From positions 53,518 to 117,517 of the forward strand of contig CABYCU010000003.1 in NCBI GenBank assembly GCA_902517565.1: a stretch of 64,000 nt of DNA, read 5' to 3'. The translations under genes were made by a program, and so were the position numbers. Below the pieces are notes generated by a model that saw nothing but the letters and a program-made list of their open reading frames with translations, searched no databases and had not been told where the DNA came from. Each line of letters opens with the position of its first letter. Positions within the stretch are counted from its first letter, which is position 1. This DNA comes from an uncultured SAR86 cluster bacterium (lineage in GTDB: Bacteria; Pseudomonadota; Gammaproteobacteria; Magnimaribacterales; Magnimaribacteraceae). Shown in pieces: positions 38,296 through 48,345 of this stretch.

Positions 38296-39624
38296 ATGAG
38301 AAAAATTTTTGATTTCTTAAAAAAGAATATATTAGTTATTTTGATTTCCTTCGGTTTAGGGGGTTTTGTTGGATTTAAAGTATTGGAATCTTTAGGAATA
38401 GCTTATTTCATGAGCAGTTTAGGAGATTCTTTACCTAAGGGATCAATCGCAGATAAAGATGCCTTTCTAGAAACTCTTCCTGAAGGTCAATCTTTAATAC
38501 AAAAAGAATTAATACCAGTAGAGAAGAAAGCTAAGAATATTATCTTATTAATAAGTGATGGAATGAGTCTAAGCCAAGTCTCTACCTATAGACTCTTAAA
38601 AGGAGGCCCCAATGAAAGAATTTCTGTTGATAAGTTTCCTATCTCAGGAATAGTCCTAACTCATTCAGAAGACGCAATTGTTACTGATTCCGCCTCTTCG
38701 GCAACTGCATTCAGTACAGGTAAAAAAACTAATAATGGAGCATTAGGCCTCGATAAAGATAGAAAAGTCTTGGAGAACTTCACCGAAATAATCGACAAAC
38801 ATGGTTATGTTAGCTCTCTAATATCTACTTCAGAAATTACCCATGCCACTCCTGCCGCTTATGCCTCTCATGTGGATTTGAGATGGAAAACTGATGAAAT
38901 CAGTTTGCAGATGATGGATTCTGATGTGATGACGATTTTGGGAGGAGGTAGGCACTTTTTTATGCCTGAAAAGATGGGCGGTAAAAGATCGGATGATCTC
39001 AATTTACTTGAATTTATAAAAACTTCACACACAATTCTTACTAAAAAGACTGATATGGATGGCTTCGATCATTTTAATAAAGGAAAGGTGGTAGGACTTT
39101 TTGCTGATGAAGCTTTAAGAGATAAAGAGACACCTGAAAATCATTCTCTAGAACCTACTTCAAGTGAGATGTTGAATTTTGCTCTTAAACGATCTGAACA
39201 ATTTATTAGCAATGACTGTAAGGGTTTTTTTATTATGGTTGAAGGATCTCAGGTTGATTGGGCGGGTCATGCAAATGACTTAAATTATCTGAAGAGAGAG
39301 ATGAAAGACTTTGATGAGGTAGTCAACAAGGCTCTAAATTTTGCTAAGAGCGATCAAGAAACTCTTGTTATCGTAACAGCTGATCATGAGACAGGGGGGC
39401 TGCTAATTGAACCAGCCACTCCTACAAACTATACAGCACCTGAAGTTAAATTTTCATTTAATACAGGTCTTGGATATGGATCACATACTGGAGTTCCTGT
39501 TCCTGTCTACGCATATGGTCCAGGTTCGGAAAACTTTACTGGAACGCTGGATAATACTGATATTTTCTTTGCGATGATTGAAGCTCTAGAGATGGATAAT
39601 ATGAGCGGAAGTTGTGTTAACTAA
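38296..39624 (+). CDS. phoA: Alkaline phosphatase, PhoA family, probably membrane-anchored
   Basis: ISDGM, TDSASSAT (phospho-Ser), THATPA, EGSQVDWAGHAND, TADHETGG, SHTG. Confidence 0.9.
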   Translation: MRKIFDFLKKNILVILISFGLGGFVGFKVLESLGIAYFMSSLGDSLPKGSIADKDAFLETLPEGQSLIQKELIPVEKKAKNIILLISDGMSLSQVSTYRLLKGGPNERISVDKFPISGIVLTHSEDAIVTDSASSATAFSTGKKTNNGALGLDKDRKVLENFTEIIDKHGYVSSLISTSEITHATPAAYASHVDLRWKTDEISLQMMDSDVMTILGGGRHFFMPEKMGGKRSDDLNLLEFIKTSHTILTKKTDMDGFDHFNKGKVVGLFADEALRDKETPENHSLEPTSSEMLNFALKRSEQFISNDCKGFFIMVEGSQVDWAGHANDLNYLKREMKDFDEVVNKALNFAKSDQETLVIVTADHETGGLLIEPATPTNYTAPEVKFSFNTGLGYGSHTGVPVPVYAYGPGSENFTGTLDNTDIFFAMIEALEMDNMSGSCVN

Positions 39625-39635
39625 ACTTTTATAGG

Positions 39636-39836
39636 ATGTACTCAGTAATTTTATACAGCCTTTTTATCCTTTTTTGGGTAGCCATAATATATGACTTTAG
39701 TAGAAGGCCTAAAGATCGAGAAGATGACTCTTGGTCCGAGTTCTTACCTCTTAGAAAACTAGCAAGAGCTTTTTGGGTAATATGGATTCTCTTGATTCTG
39801 CTCTACACTTTCATTGTTAGTTTCTTATTGACCTAG
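39636..39836 (+). CDS. Small two-TM hypothetical protein
   Basis: 66 aa, TM - charged loop - TM. Confidence 0.5.
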   Translation: MYSVILYSLFILFWVAIIYDFSRRPKDREDDSWSEFLPLRKLARAFWVIWILLILLYTFIVSFLLT

Positions 39837-39882
39837 TTCTTTTAGAGTCTTAAGGTTCTAAGCTAGTAAAAAAGGAGAAATT

Positions 39883-40740
39883 ATGAAAGTTGTTCTAGTA
39901 ACAGGATGCAGTACGGGAATAGGCTTGGCTACAGCTACACTATTTTCTGAAGGAGACTATCAAGTTATAGCAACCGCAAGGAGTCCAGAATCTTCAGAAG
40001 AGTTAGTGGAACTAGGGAAAAAAGATAATGTTTTACTTAAAACATTAGATGTTTGTGAGCAAGAGTCCGTTGATAAGCTTTTTGATGAGTTAAATGACTT
40101 TGATGTAGATGTTCTAGTTAATAATGCCGGAGTAGGGGGTTCTGGATCGGTTGAAAATGCGAGTATGGACTTCGCAAAAAATTTGATGGAAACGAATTAT
40201 TTTGGTTCTTTGCGAATGATACAAAAAGTAATTCCATCAATGCGCATTAGAAGATCAGGAGCAATAATAAATGTATCTTCCATGGCAGGAAGACGTCCTT
40301 TTGCTTTGATGAGCCATTATTGTGCTACGAAATATGCACTTAATGGACTATCCGAGAGTATGGCACATGAACTTGCCCGATTTAATATACGAGTAACACT
40401 TATAGAGCCTGGAACTGTTATCACGCCTATTTTTGGAAAAGCAAATTCCATACCTGAAGACGAAGAAAACTACTCTATATTACAAGGAAGAATGATACGA
40501 CAAGTTACAAAAGGTTTAACTGAGTTAGGGTGTGGTCCGGAAGTAATTGCTAAGTGTATGGTAGATTTCGTGATCACAGAAGATCCTAAATTACATTACC
40601 TCTTAGCTAGCGATGCTGTTGATAATGTTGATGTTTACCAAAAATACGGCCCTGAAACTTGGGTTGCAGATGGTGAAATCCTAGACGATGATGAATTCTT
40701 CAGTGTTATGAAAGATAGATACGGTTACGAAATTGGCTAA
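39883..40740 (+). CDS. Short-chain dehydrogenase/reductase
   Basis: TGCSTGIG, NNAG, YCATK; AGGAG RBS. Confidence 0.9.
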   Translation: MKVVLVTGCSTGIGLATATLFSEGDYQVIATARSPESSEELVELGKKDNVLLKTLDVCEQESVDKLFDELNDFDVDVLVNNAGVGGSGSVENASMDFAKNLMETNYFGSLRMIQKVIPSMRIRRSGAIINVSSMAGRRPFALMSHYCATKYALNGLSESMAHELARFNIRVTLIEPGTVITPIFGKANSIPEDEENYSILQGRMIRQVTKGLTELGCGPEVIAKCMVDFVITEDPKLHYLLASDAVDNVDVYQKYGPETWVADGEILDDDEFFSVMKDRYGYEIG

Positions 40741-40749
40741 TTACCTAAT

Positions 40750-42159
40750 CTAAGCCAGGCTCTTCCAAGAAGAAGCCTCTTCTAGTTGCTTACTTAGTTC
40801 TAGCAAGAGTCGGTCCTCTCCAAGACGACTTGCGAATTGAATACCTATGGGCAAACCCTCACTGTCAGTCGAGCACGGTAGAGTTATTGCTGGTGCTCCT
40901 GAAATATTTTGATACTTCGTGAATGGCAGATATTCATTTATCCTATGCCAGTGTGTTTCACCATCAACTTCCGGTCCAAAAAAACCAATTTTTGGAGGTG
41001 TTGTTCCCAGCGTTGGTGTTAAGAGGATATCAAATCCTTTTAATAATTTTTCATAATCCGAAGCGAACTTTCTAAGCCTCCAAAAAGCAATAGGCAATTT
41101 ATGAAGATTTTTCCAGTGATGATTTACCAAATATTGTGGCCATTGTTCTAGCTGAGATGCATCAAAATTTGAACTGAATTCCTTTCCTCCTCCATAACGA
41201 AGATAAAAAGCTAAATGTGTCCATAATAACCAAAAATCTGAGTCAAACTTTTTGTAAAAAGGATTAGAAATCATTTCTATATTATGACCAAGAGATTCAC
41301 ATTTTTTGGCTACGTCATGGACTGCCTCTACCAGAACATCATCACTTTGATTGCCATGACAATTCTCGGTCAGTACTGCAATTCGTAAATCACTTCTGTA
41401 AGTTTCCGAGATTTCTCCAATAGGAGGATACTCTTTTGCAGGATTGTGCTGTTCAATTGAGGTATGAAAAGCCCATGTGTCTCTTACGGTTCGAGTTACA
41501 ACACCATCATGCAAGATGTTGGCAGGAAAGTATCCCGGAACTTCTTTATCTTTGATTCGACCCCTCGATGCTTTGAGTCCTACAAGACCACAACATGATG
41601 CAGGTATACGTATTGAGCCAGCCCCATCATTTGCGTGAGCTATTGGAATTACTCCTGCAGCTACTAATGCAGAACTTCCTCCTGAAGATCCACCCGTAGA
41701 GTAACCTGTATTCCAAGGATTACGTGTAGCACCAAAGCGCAAGCTTTCTGTAGTTCCAGTTAGTCCAAACTCTGGTGTAGTAGTTGTTCCAAGGTGATTG
41801 AGTCCAGTTGCTATAACCTGTTTTGCTGTTTTTGAGTATTTAGTTGAGACATCACCCGGCAGAGTTCTACTGCCAAAATATATAGGTAGTCCAGGAACCT
41901 GGTCTGTATCTTTTATAAAAGTCGGAACTCCTTGAAAAATACCGGAAAAGGACTCTTTAGATCTTTTAAGAGCAGAATCAAAATCTTCGACAGCAATTGC
42001 ATTTAAATGTGGATTAACCTGCTGGGCCCTCTCAATAGCATCTTCAGTAATTGACTGAGGATTTAAATCACCATTTTCTATTTTTTCAGCTATACCGACC
42101 GCATCATCATGTCCAAGGGAATCATCTCTAAAGGCAATTATTTTGTTATGCGAATTCAT
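40750..42159 (-). CDS. Amidase-signature family enzyme
   Basis: GVPTFIKD, GGSSGGS, DGAGSIRIPASCCG; likely start MNSHN at 42159. Confidence 0.9.
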   Translation of the reverse strand: MNSHNKIIAFRDDSLGHDDAVGIAEKIENGDLNPQSITEDAIERAQQVNPHLNAIAVEDFDSALKRSKESFSGIFQGVPTFIKDTDQVPGLPIYFGSRTLPGDVSTKYSKTAKQVIATGLNHLGTTTTPEFGLTGTTESLRFGATRNPWNTGYSTGGSSGGSSALVAAGVIPIAHANDGAGSIRIPASCCGLVGLKASRGRIKDKEVPGYFPANILHDGVVTRTVRDTWAFHTSIEQHNPAKEYPPIGEISETYRSDLRIAVLTENCHGNQSDDVLVEAVHDVAKKCESLGHNIEMISNPFYKKFDSDFWLLWTHLAFYLRYGGGKEFSSNFDASQLEQWPQYLVNHHWKNLHKLPIAFWRLRKFASDYEKLLKGFDILLTPTLGTTPPKIGFFGPEVDGETHWHRINEYLPFTKYQNISGAPAITLPCSTDSEGLPIGIQFASRLGEDRLLLELSKQLEEASSWKSLA

Positions 42160-42256
42160 TATTTTGTTTTTTACTTCATTAATAAAGCCCACCTTACTTT
42201 GTAAAACCATCATATTCAATGTTACTATCATAAGTTGATTTCTGGAGGAGAGAATA

Positions 42257-43624
42257 ATGAGCATGAGAGTAGAAAATAGAGTTCAAGAAATGGGCAAAAA
42301 TTCGCAATCTGTTAGAGAAAAATTAATAGATAGAACTCCTAAGAGTAGTGAAATGGCTCTTCGAGGTCACCCCTCTTTGGCAATGGAGGTAGTTCAAACA
42401 GTTGATATGCCACATCAGCTCTACATTGATAAAGCTGAAGGTCCTTACTTGACCGATCTGGACGGAAATCAATACATAGACCTAACATGCGGTTTTGGTC
42501 CAAATGTAGTTGGTAACAGGTTTGAACCTGTAGAAAAGGCCTTAGCAGCCCAAATAAAAAAAGGATGGCATTATGGAATTCCAGGAGCTGAACAAGCTCA
42601 TCTGGCAGAATTGATCAAGGGTTCCTCACCCGCTGTAGACGAAGTTATGTTTTGTAATTCGGGTAGTGAAGCTACGATGTTTGCATTCAGAGCTGCAAGA
42701 GCAGTTTCAGGAAAAAGGGTAGTTGCCTTATTTGATGGTTCTTACCATGGAATTCATGACTACGCCTTAGTTAAGGCAGATCATCGTAGTGAACGTTCAG
42801 ATCCTACAGGCGTTACATTAGGAGCAGGAATTCCTGAAGAGATATCGCAAAATTTAGTAACCATGCTTCCAAATCGTGACTCGAATGCTTTTGACATAAT
42901 AAGAAAATACAAAGATGAACTCGCATTGGTAGTAATTGAACCTGTGCAAAGTTCTAATCCTAGACTCGATAATAAAGAATTTTTACAAGGATTAAGAGAT
43001 GTTTGTACTGAGTGTGATGTCCTATTGATGTTTGATGAAGTTATAACTGGCTTCAGAATTGAGTATGGTGGCTGTCAACAATACTACGGTATAAATCCAG
43101 ATATTATTACTTACGGAAAAGCAGTTGGTGGAGGAATGCCTATTGGTGTTGTGGCTGGACCTAGAAAAGTAATGAATGCATTTTCTGGCACTGATGACAC
43201 ACCAGCGATCTTCGCTGGAGGTACATTTAATGGCCACCCTCTGACAATGGTTGCAGGAATTACTATTCTTGAATATCTCAAGGAAAATCAAGATGAGATT
43301 TATCCTTACTTACATGAACAAGGCAATAGAATAGGAACAGAGATAAATGATTTTTGTAGTTCCAACAATATAGCTGCTCAGATGATGAATGCAGGCTCTA
43401 TGATGCACCTTATTTTCAGCGGTGATCATATTGAGTCAGCTAGAGATATTGGTCGAAGTAAAGTTGAAAAAGAGTTTTATCTTCATCTTTTGGGACATAA
43501 CGTAATTGTCCCAGGTATCCACCTTGCTTTCATTTCTTTTGCACATAAACCAGAAATAGTTGACCAAGTAATTGAAGCATTTAAACAATCATTCATTGAT
43601 ATGAGAGAAGATGGTCTCTTATGA
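42257..43624 (+). CDS. Class-III PLP aminotransferase, glutamate-1-semialdehyde aminomutase-like
   Basis: NSGSEAT, GSYHG, FDEVITGFR, GKAVGGGMP, GTFNGHP. Confidence 0.85.
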   Translation: MSMRVENRVQEMGKNSQSVREKLIDRTPKSSEMALRGHPSLAMEVVQTVDMPHQLYIDKAEGPYLTDLDGNQYIDLTCGFGPNVVGNRFEPVEKALAAQIKKGWHYGIPGAEQAHLAELIKGSSPAVDEVMFCNSGSEATMFAFRAARAVSGKRVVALFDGSYHGIHDYALVKADHRSERSDPTGVTLGAGIPEEISQNLVTMLPNRDSNAFDIIRKYKDELALVVIEPVQSSNPRLDNKEFLQGLRDVCTECDVLLMFDEVITGFRIEYGGCQQYYGINPDIITYGKAVGGGMPIGVVAGPRKVMNAFSGTDDTPAIFAGGTFNGHPLTMVAGITILEYLKENQDEIYPYLHEQGNRIGTEINDFCSSNNIAAQMMNAGSMMHLIFSGDHIESARDIGRSKVEKEFYLHLLGHNVIVPGIHLAFISFAHKPEIVDQVIEAFKQSFIDMREDGLL

Positions 43625-43750
43625 TCTAAAGTAAGTTACTTATTCTTCTTTTACGATCAATCTATGTAATGGGCATGAATTAAGCAGCACAAAATATCCT
43701 GCTATTTTTATGCTTTCGAATTTTATAAAATCCTAAATATTGGAGAATAT

Positions 43751-45652
43751 ATGGAACATCCTTTAGAGCAGATAAGTGCTCAAGAAATAGAAAATGCAGT
43801 GAAATTATGTCGATCGTTTGAAGGGTTTGATGAGAATGCTTTATTTGTAAATATTAGCTTAGTCGAGCCAGACAAAGAATTGGTAAGGACTTATAAGCAA
43901 GGTGATGAATGCCCCAGAAGTTTAAAGATTAGAGGGATAGATTCTCATGAAGATGGCGGTTTTGTAGCTATAGTAGACCTGCAGAATAATACAGTCTCAA
44001 GTCTTGATAGGGTATCTGAGAAAGCGCAAGTTACATATAGTATGGCTGAAGTTTTTATTGCTACTGACCTGACAAAGGCTGATGAGAGATATCAAGAAGT
44101 TCTAAAGAAAAGAGGCATAACTGATATGGATTTAGTTCAGATAGATCCTTGGCCAGCTGGTGGTATTGTTCATGAAAGTATTAAGTCAGGACATAGGGCG
44201 CTTAAGACTATATCTTTTTTGAGAGAAGATGAGTCAGATAATGCTTATGCGAAACCAATATCAGGAGTAATTTCTCATGTTGACCTGACTACTCAAGAAG
44301 TTACTCATGTAGAGGATCATGGTGTTGTAGAGATGCCAAAAGCGCATGCTCGATACGATGCTGACTCCCAGACCGAATTAAGAGAACAACCCAAAAAGAT
44401 TGATATTACACAACCAGATGGGCCTGGATTTGAAGTCGAGGGAAATCTCCTTAGTTGGGAAGGATGGCAGGTCAGAGTTTCTGTGAGTCCAGATGAAGGC
44501 CCCGTTCTGCACCAATTATCTCTTGATGGTAGGCCTATACTGCACAGAGTAGCACTCTCAGATATGGTGGTGCCTTATGGTACAGCTGATCCTATGCATA
44601 GCTGGAAAGCAGTTCATGATGGTACTGAATATGGCTTCGGAACTTTAGTTAATTCTTTAACTCTAGGTTGTGATTGTTTAGGAGAAATCCACTATATGGA
44701 TGCAAACATGCTTATGTTTGATGGTTCAGTAAATACTATTGAAAGTGCTATATGTATTCATGAAGAGGATTACGGCATCCAATGGAAACATATGGACATG
44801 AATATGCTTGGTGCCAATGAAGTAAGAAGATCAAGAAGATTAGTTATAAGCTCTATTGCCACGATTGGAAATTATGATTACGGGTTATTTTGGTATTTAT
44901 ACCTTGATGGGACTATCCAATGCGAAGTTAAACTTACAGGTATAGTTGGCATTAGTGCATATGACGAAAAAGTACATAGAAAAGATCAGGATTTTCGTAT
45001 TACAGATGAATTAGTTTCACCTATTCATCAACATTTATTCTGCGTCAGATTAGATTGGGACCTGGAAGGCGGTAATAATCAATTATTTGAGTCGAATGTT
45101 GAAGCGTTACCAATCAGTGATGAAAATCCTCATGGGATGCAACTTAGCGCAGTGGCTAAACATCTTAAAACAGAAAGTGAAGCTAAACGAAATGTCTCTT
45201 CTTCATCAAGTAGAGTATGGAAAGTGATTAATGCTAAAGAAACAAATTCCTTTGGACTCCCTGTTGGATACAAGCTACTGCCAGGTAATACTCCTACTTT
45301 ACTAGCTCACCCAGATTCTCCTCCAGGAAAAAGGGCCTCTTTTGCCAAATACAATATATGGGCAACCCCGTTTCATAAAGATGAACAAGCTGCAGGAGGA
45401 GAATACTCTGTTATGCATTCAGGAGAAGGTGGTTTAGATGATATAACTTCTTCTAATAGAGATATTAGTGAATGTGATCTAGTAACTTGGCACACATTTG
45501 GTGTCACGCACACCCCTAGACCAGAAGATTGGCCAGTAATGCCAGTTGAGTACTGTGGTTTTCATTTAATACCAGTAGGTTTCTTTGAAAAAAATCCAAC
45601 TATTAATCTGCCTGCATCATGTAATGCTAAAAGTAAATCAAACAAGGACTGA
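43751..45652 (+). CDS. tynA: Copper/TPQ primary-amine oxidase (no signal peptide)
   Basis: TPQ motif GNYDY, Cu ligands HQH and H-TPRPEDWPVMP, LGCDCLG. Confidence 0.92.
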   Translation: MEHPLEQISAQEIENAVKLCRSFEGFDENALFVNISLVEPDKELVRTYKQGDECPRSLKIRGIDSHEDGGFVAIVDLQNNTVSSLDRVSEKAQVTYSMAEVFIATDLTKADERYQEVLKKRGITDMDLVQIDPWPAGGIVHESIKSGHRALKTISFLREDESDNAYAKPISGVISHVDLTTQEVTHVEDHGVVEMPKAHARYDADSQTELREQPKKIDITQPDGPGFEVEGNLLSWEGWQVRVSVSPDEGPVLHQLSLDGRPILHRVALSDMVVPYGTADPMHSWKAVHDGTEYGFGTLVNSLTLGCDCLGEIHYMDANMLMFDGSVNTIESAICIHEEDYGIQWKHMDMNMLGANEVRRSRRLVISSIATIGNYDYGLFWYLYLDGTIQCEVKLTGIVGISAYDEKVHRKDQDFRITDELVSPIHQHLFCVRLDWDLEGGNNQLFESNVEALPISDENPHGMQLSAVAKHLKTESEAKRNVSSSSSRVWKVINAKETNSFGLPVGYKLLPGNTPTLLAHPDSPPGKRASFAKYNIWATPFHKDEQAAGGEYSVMHSGEGGLDDITSSNRDISECDLVTWHTFGVTHTPRPEDWPVMPVEYCGFHLIPVGFFEKNPTINLPASCNAKSKSNKD

Positions 45653-45654
45653 TT

Positions 45655-46677
45655 ATGAAAAACTTAAAGAATAGAAAATGGACGCTAGCTAAGAGACCAG
45701 TTGGAATGGTGGGGGAGCATAATTTTTCTTTTGCTGAGGAAGATGTAAGAGATATCGAAGATGGAGAGTTTTTAATAAAGAATCTGTATCTCAGTTTTGA
45801 TCCTGCACAAAGAGGGTGGATGGAAGACAGAAAAAGTTATGTTCCTCCAGTTGGGATTGGAGAAGTCATGCGAGCTGGTTCCGTTGGCCAAGTAATTGAA
45901 TCAAATAATCCAAACTTCAAAGTAGGTGACAAAGTACAAGGTACTTTTGGTTGGCAGGAATACGCTATATCAAACGGAAAAGGAATTCTCAACGCGACTA
46001 TCATTCCTGAAGGAGCATCAATTACTGCTCCTCTCAGTGTATTTGGCATAACCGGTTTAACTGCATACTTTGGCTTATTAGATGTTGGTCAAGCTAATGA
46101 AGGAGATACTGTTTTAGTTTCCGGTGCAGCAGGCTCAACTGGATCCATAGCAGCCCAAATTGCAAAATTAAAAGGTTGTCGTGTAATTGGAGTTGCAGGT
46201 GGAACTGAGAAATGCAGATGGTTGACTGAAGAAGCTAAGATTGATGCCGCAATAGATTATAAGGCTGCCAACATGGCCGAGGTTATTCCTGAATTATGTC
46301 CAGAAGGAATCGATGTTATCTTTGATAATGTAGGTGGAGAATTTTTGGATACTGCCCTTACGAATATTAATCAGAGTGCAAGAATAGCTATTTGCGGTGC
46401 TATTTCAGGTTACAACAATGAGACACCTGCTCCAGGACCATCTAATTACACAACATTAATTATTCAAAGAGCAAGAATGGAAGGTTTCATTGTCTTAGAT
46501 TATATAGACAGATTCCCCGAAGCTATTGGCGAATTAATGCAATGGGTCAAAGAAGGAAAAATCATATATCAAGAAGACATACAAGAGGGTATTGAGAATG
46601 CTCCAGAGACTTTACTTAGACTTTACACAGGAAAGAACAAAGGGAAACAACTCCTCAAGATATCTGATCCTGATTAA
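45655..46677 (+). CDS. NADP-dependent oxidoreductase, CurA/prostaglandin-reductase family
   Basis: LSFDPAQRGWM, GLTAYFGL, SGAAG, FDNVGG, CGAIS. Confidence 0.9.
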   Translation: MKNLKNRKWTLAKRPVGMVGEHNFSFAEEDVRDIEDGEFLIKNLYLSFDPAQRGWMEDRKSYVPPVGIGEVMRAGSVGQVIESNNPNFKVGDKVQGTFGWQEYAISNGKGILNATIIPEGASITAPLSVFGITGLTAYFGLLDVGQANEGDTVLVSGAAGSTGSIAAQIAKLKGCRVIGVAGGTEKCRWLTEEAKIDAAIDYKAANMAEVIPELCPEGIDVIFDNVGGEFLDTALTNINQSARIAICGAISGYNNETPAPGPSNYTTLIIQRARMEGFIVLDYIDRFPEAIGELMQWVKEGKIIYQEDIQEGIENAPETLLRLYTGKNKGKQLLKISDPD

Positions 46678-46710
46678 TGAATTTCTTAATGATATGAAAA
46701 ATTTATTAAT

Positions 46711-47259
46711 ATGAGTATTAGAGAAATAGTCAAAATGGGAAATCCTGTTTTGAGAGAAGTTGCTGAGGACTTTTCTGCTGAAGAAATTAAAAGTACGGAA
46801 ACCAAAGGTTTACTTGAGGATATGTGGGATTCATTAAAGGCTTCAGGTGGAATCGGCTTGGCAGCACCTCAGATAGGTATATCTAAACAACTAGCTATTA
46901 TCAAACTATCTTCAGAATCTGATCGATATCCTGACATGGAAGATAGCGAGACCTTTGTAATATTTAATCCTAAGATTTCAGTCATTGATGATAATGAGCA
47001 GGGTTTTTGGGAAGGCTGCTTAAGTATTCCTGGATTGCGAGGTTACGTAGAGAGGCCTAGAAAGATAAGAGTAGATTTTTTAGATGAAAATGCAGAACAG
47101 AGGTCTATAGAAACAGAAAATTTTTTAGCAACCGTTTTTCAACATGAAATTGATCATTTACATGGAACACTCTATGTAGAAAGAATGAAGGATATTACAA
47201 CCCTAATGTTCGAAGAGGAAATGATTGTAGAAGAATCAAAAGATGAACATTTAGATTAA
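46711..47259 (+). CDS. def: Peptide deformylase
   Basis: GIGLAAPQIG, EGCLS, QHEIDH. Confidence 0.95.
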   Translation: MSIREIVKMGNPVLREVAEDFSAEEIKSTETKGLLEDMWDSLKASGGIGLAAPQIGISKQLAIIKLSSESDRYPDMEDSETFVIFNPKISVIDDNEQGFWEGCLSIPGLRGYVERPRKIRVDFLDENAEQRSIETENFLATVFQHEIDHLHGTLYVERMKDITTLMFEEEMIVEESKDEHLD

Positions 47260-47272
47260 AAAGAGAGGAATC

Positions 47273-48340
47273 ATGACAAATGAAGAAAGAATAAAGGGTG
47301 CATGGCAAGGACGAATATCTGGCTGTATGTTAGGTAAACCCGTAGAAATGATCTCTATGAGAGAAGGACATAAGGGATTAAATGATTTTTTAGAAAAGTC
47401 TGGATCTCTGCCTCTTAGAGATTATGTTAATTATATGGATCATGACATGTTGAGAGGGGCAAATATGAGATGCTGTCTAGGCATGATGGACAAAGCCGAA
47501 GTAGATGATGATATTACTTATCTTGTTTTAGCTTTAATGATGTTGGAGCAGTCTGGAATAGATATTAGTACTGACGATGTAGCTAGATCATGGATTAATT
47601 TACTGCCGGTTGGGGCAACCTTTACAGCGGAAAGAGATTCTTATCTTAAGCTAATAGAAAAATCCCACATGGCCTATCAATTTGGAGCACCTAGAAGTTT
47701 TGATTTCGAAGAAATCAATGATGGAGAGTATAACGATTGGATAGGAGCTCAAATCAGAATAGATATGTACGGTTGGGTATTACCGGGAAAGCCAAGATTA
47801 GCTGCTGATCTAGCGAGAAGAGATGCCAACTTATCGCATAGAGGATGTGCTGTTGAGGCTTCCGCTTACATTGCAGGCCTATGTGCATTAATTCCACTAT
47901 CAAATACTAGAGAAGAAGCAGTTATGTCTGCGATGGAGCTTATAGATAGAGATTCAGAAGCTTATAAAGCAGTTGAAATTGGAATAAAAAATAAGAATCT
48001 GCCTGCTTCAAACCTCCATGATTATTATGGCGATATGTCTCCAGTTCACAGTCTTAATAATCTTGCAGTGGTTGTTTGGGCTTTTTTATCATTTCAAGAA
48101 TCTTTCGACGAGGCCATTGGAGAGACAATATGCTGTGGGTGGGATACAGATTGTACTGGAGCAACTGTTGGGGGATTGCTGGGCTTAGATGGAGTGCCTA
48201 TACCTTCTAACTGGACTGATCCTTGGCAGGGTAGAGTTCTAACTTCTATTGCAGGAGTTGGAGAGCTTGACCTAGAACAACTTATCCAAAGGACTTGCAC
48301 TTTAGTAGATAAATTCTCTTCTTCAGCTGAACTAGGTTAA
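47273..48340 (+). CDS. ADP-ribosylglycohydrolase (ARH/DraG) family protein
   Basis: GCMLGKPVE, DDDITY, WIGAQIR, GWDTDCTGATVG. Confidence 0.85.
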   Translation: MTNEERIKGAWQGRISGCMLGKPVEMISMREGHKGLNDFLEKSGSLPLRDYVNYMDHDMLRGANMRCCLGMMDKAEVDDDITYLVLALMMLEQSGIDISTDDVARSWINLLPVGATFTAERDSYLKLIEKSHMAYQFGAPRSFDFEEINDGEYNDWIGAQIRIDMYGWVLPGKPRLAADLARRDANLSHRGCAVEASAYIAGLCALIPLSNTREEAVMSAMELIDRDSEAYKAVEIGIKNKNLPASNLHDYYGDMSPVHSLNNLAVVVWAFLSFQESFDEAIGETICCGWDTDCTGATVGGLLGLDGVPIPSNWTDPWQGRVLTSIAGVGELDLEQLIQRTCTLVDKFSSSAELG

Positions 48341-48345
48341 ACAAT

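Noticed and set aside
42257-43624. Calling this gene hemL and linking it to the heme locus
   Set aside because: Lacks the PGGVNSPVR N-terminal motif of true HemL and lies 20 kb from the heme genes.
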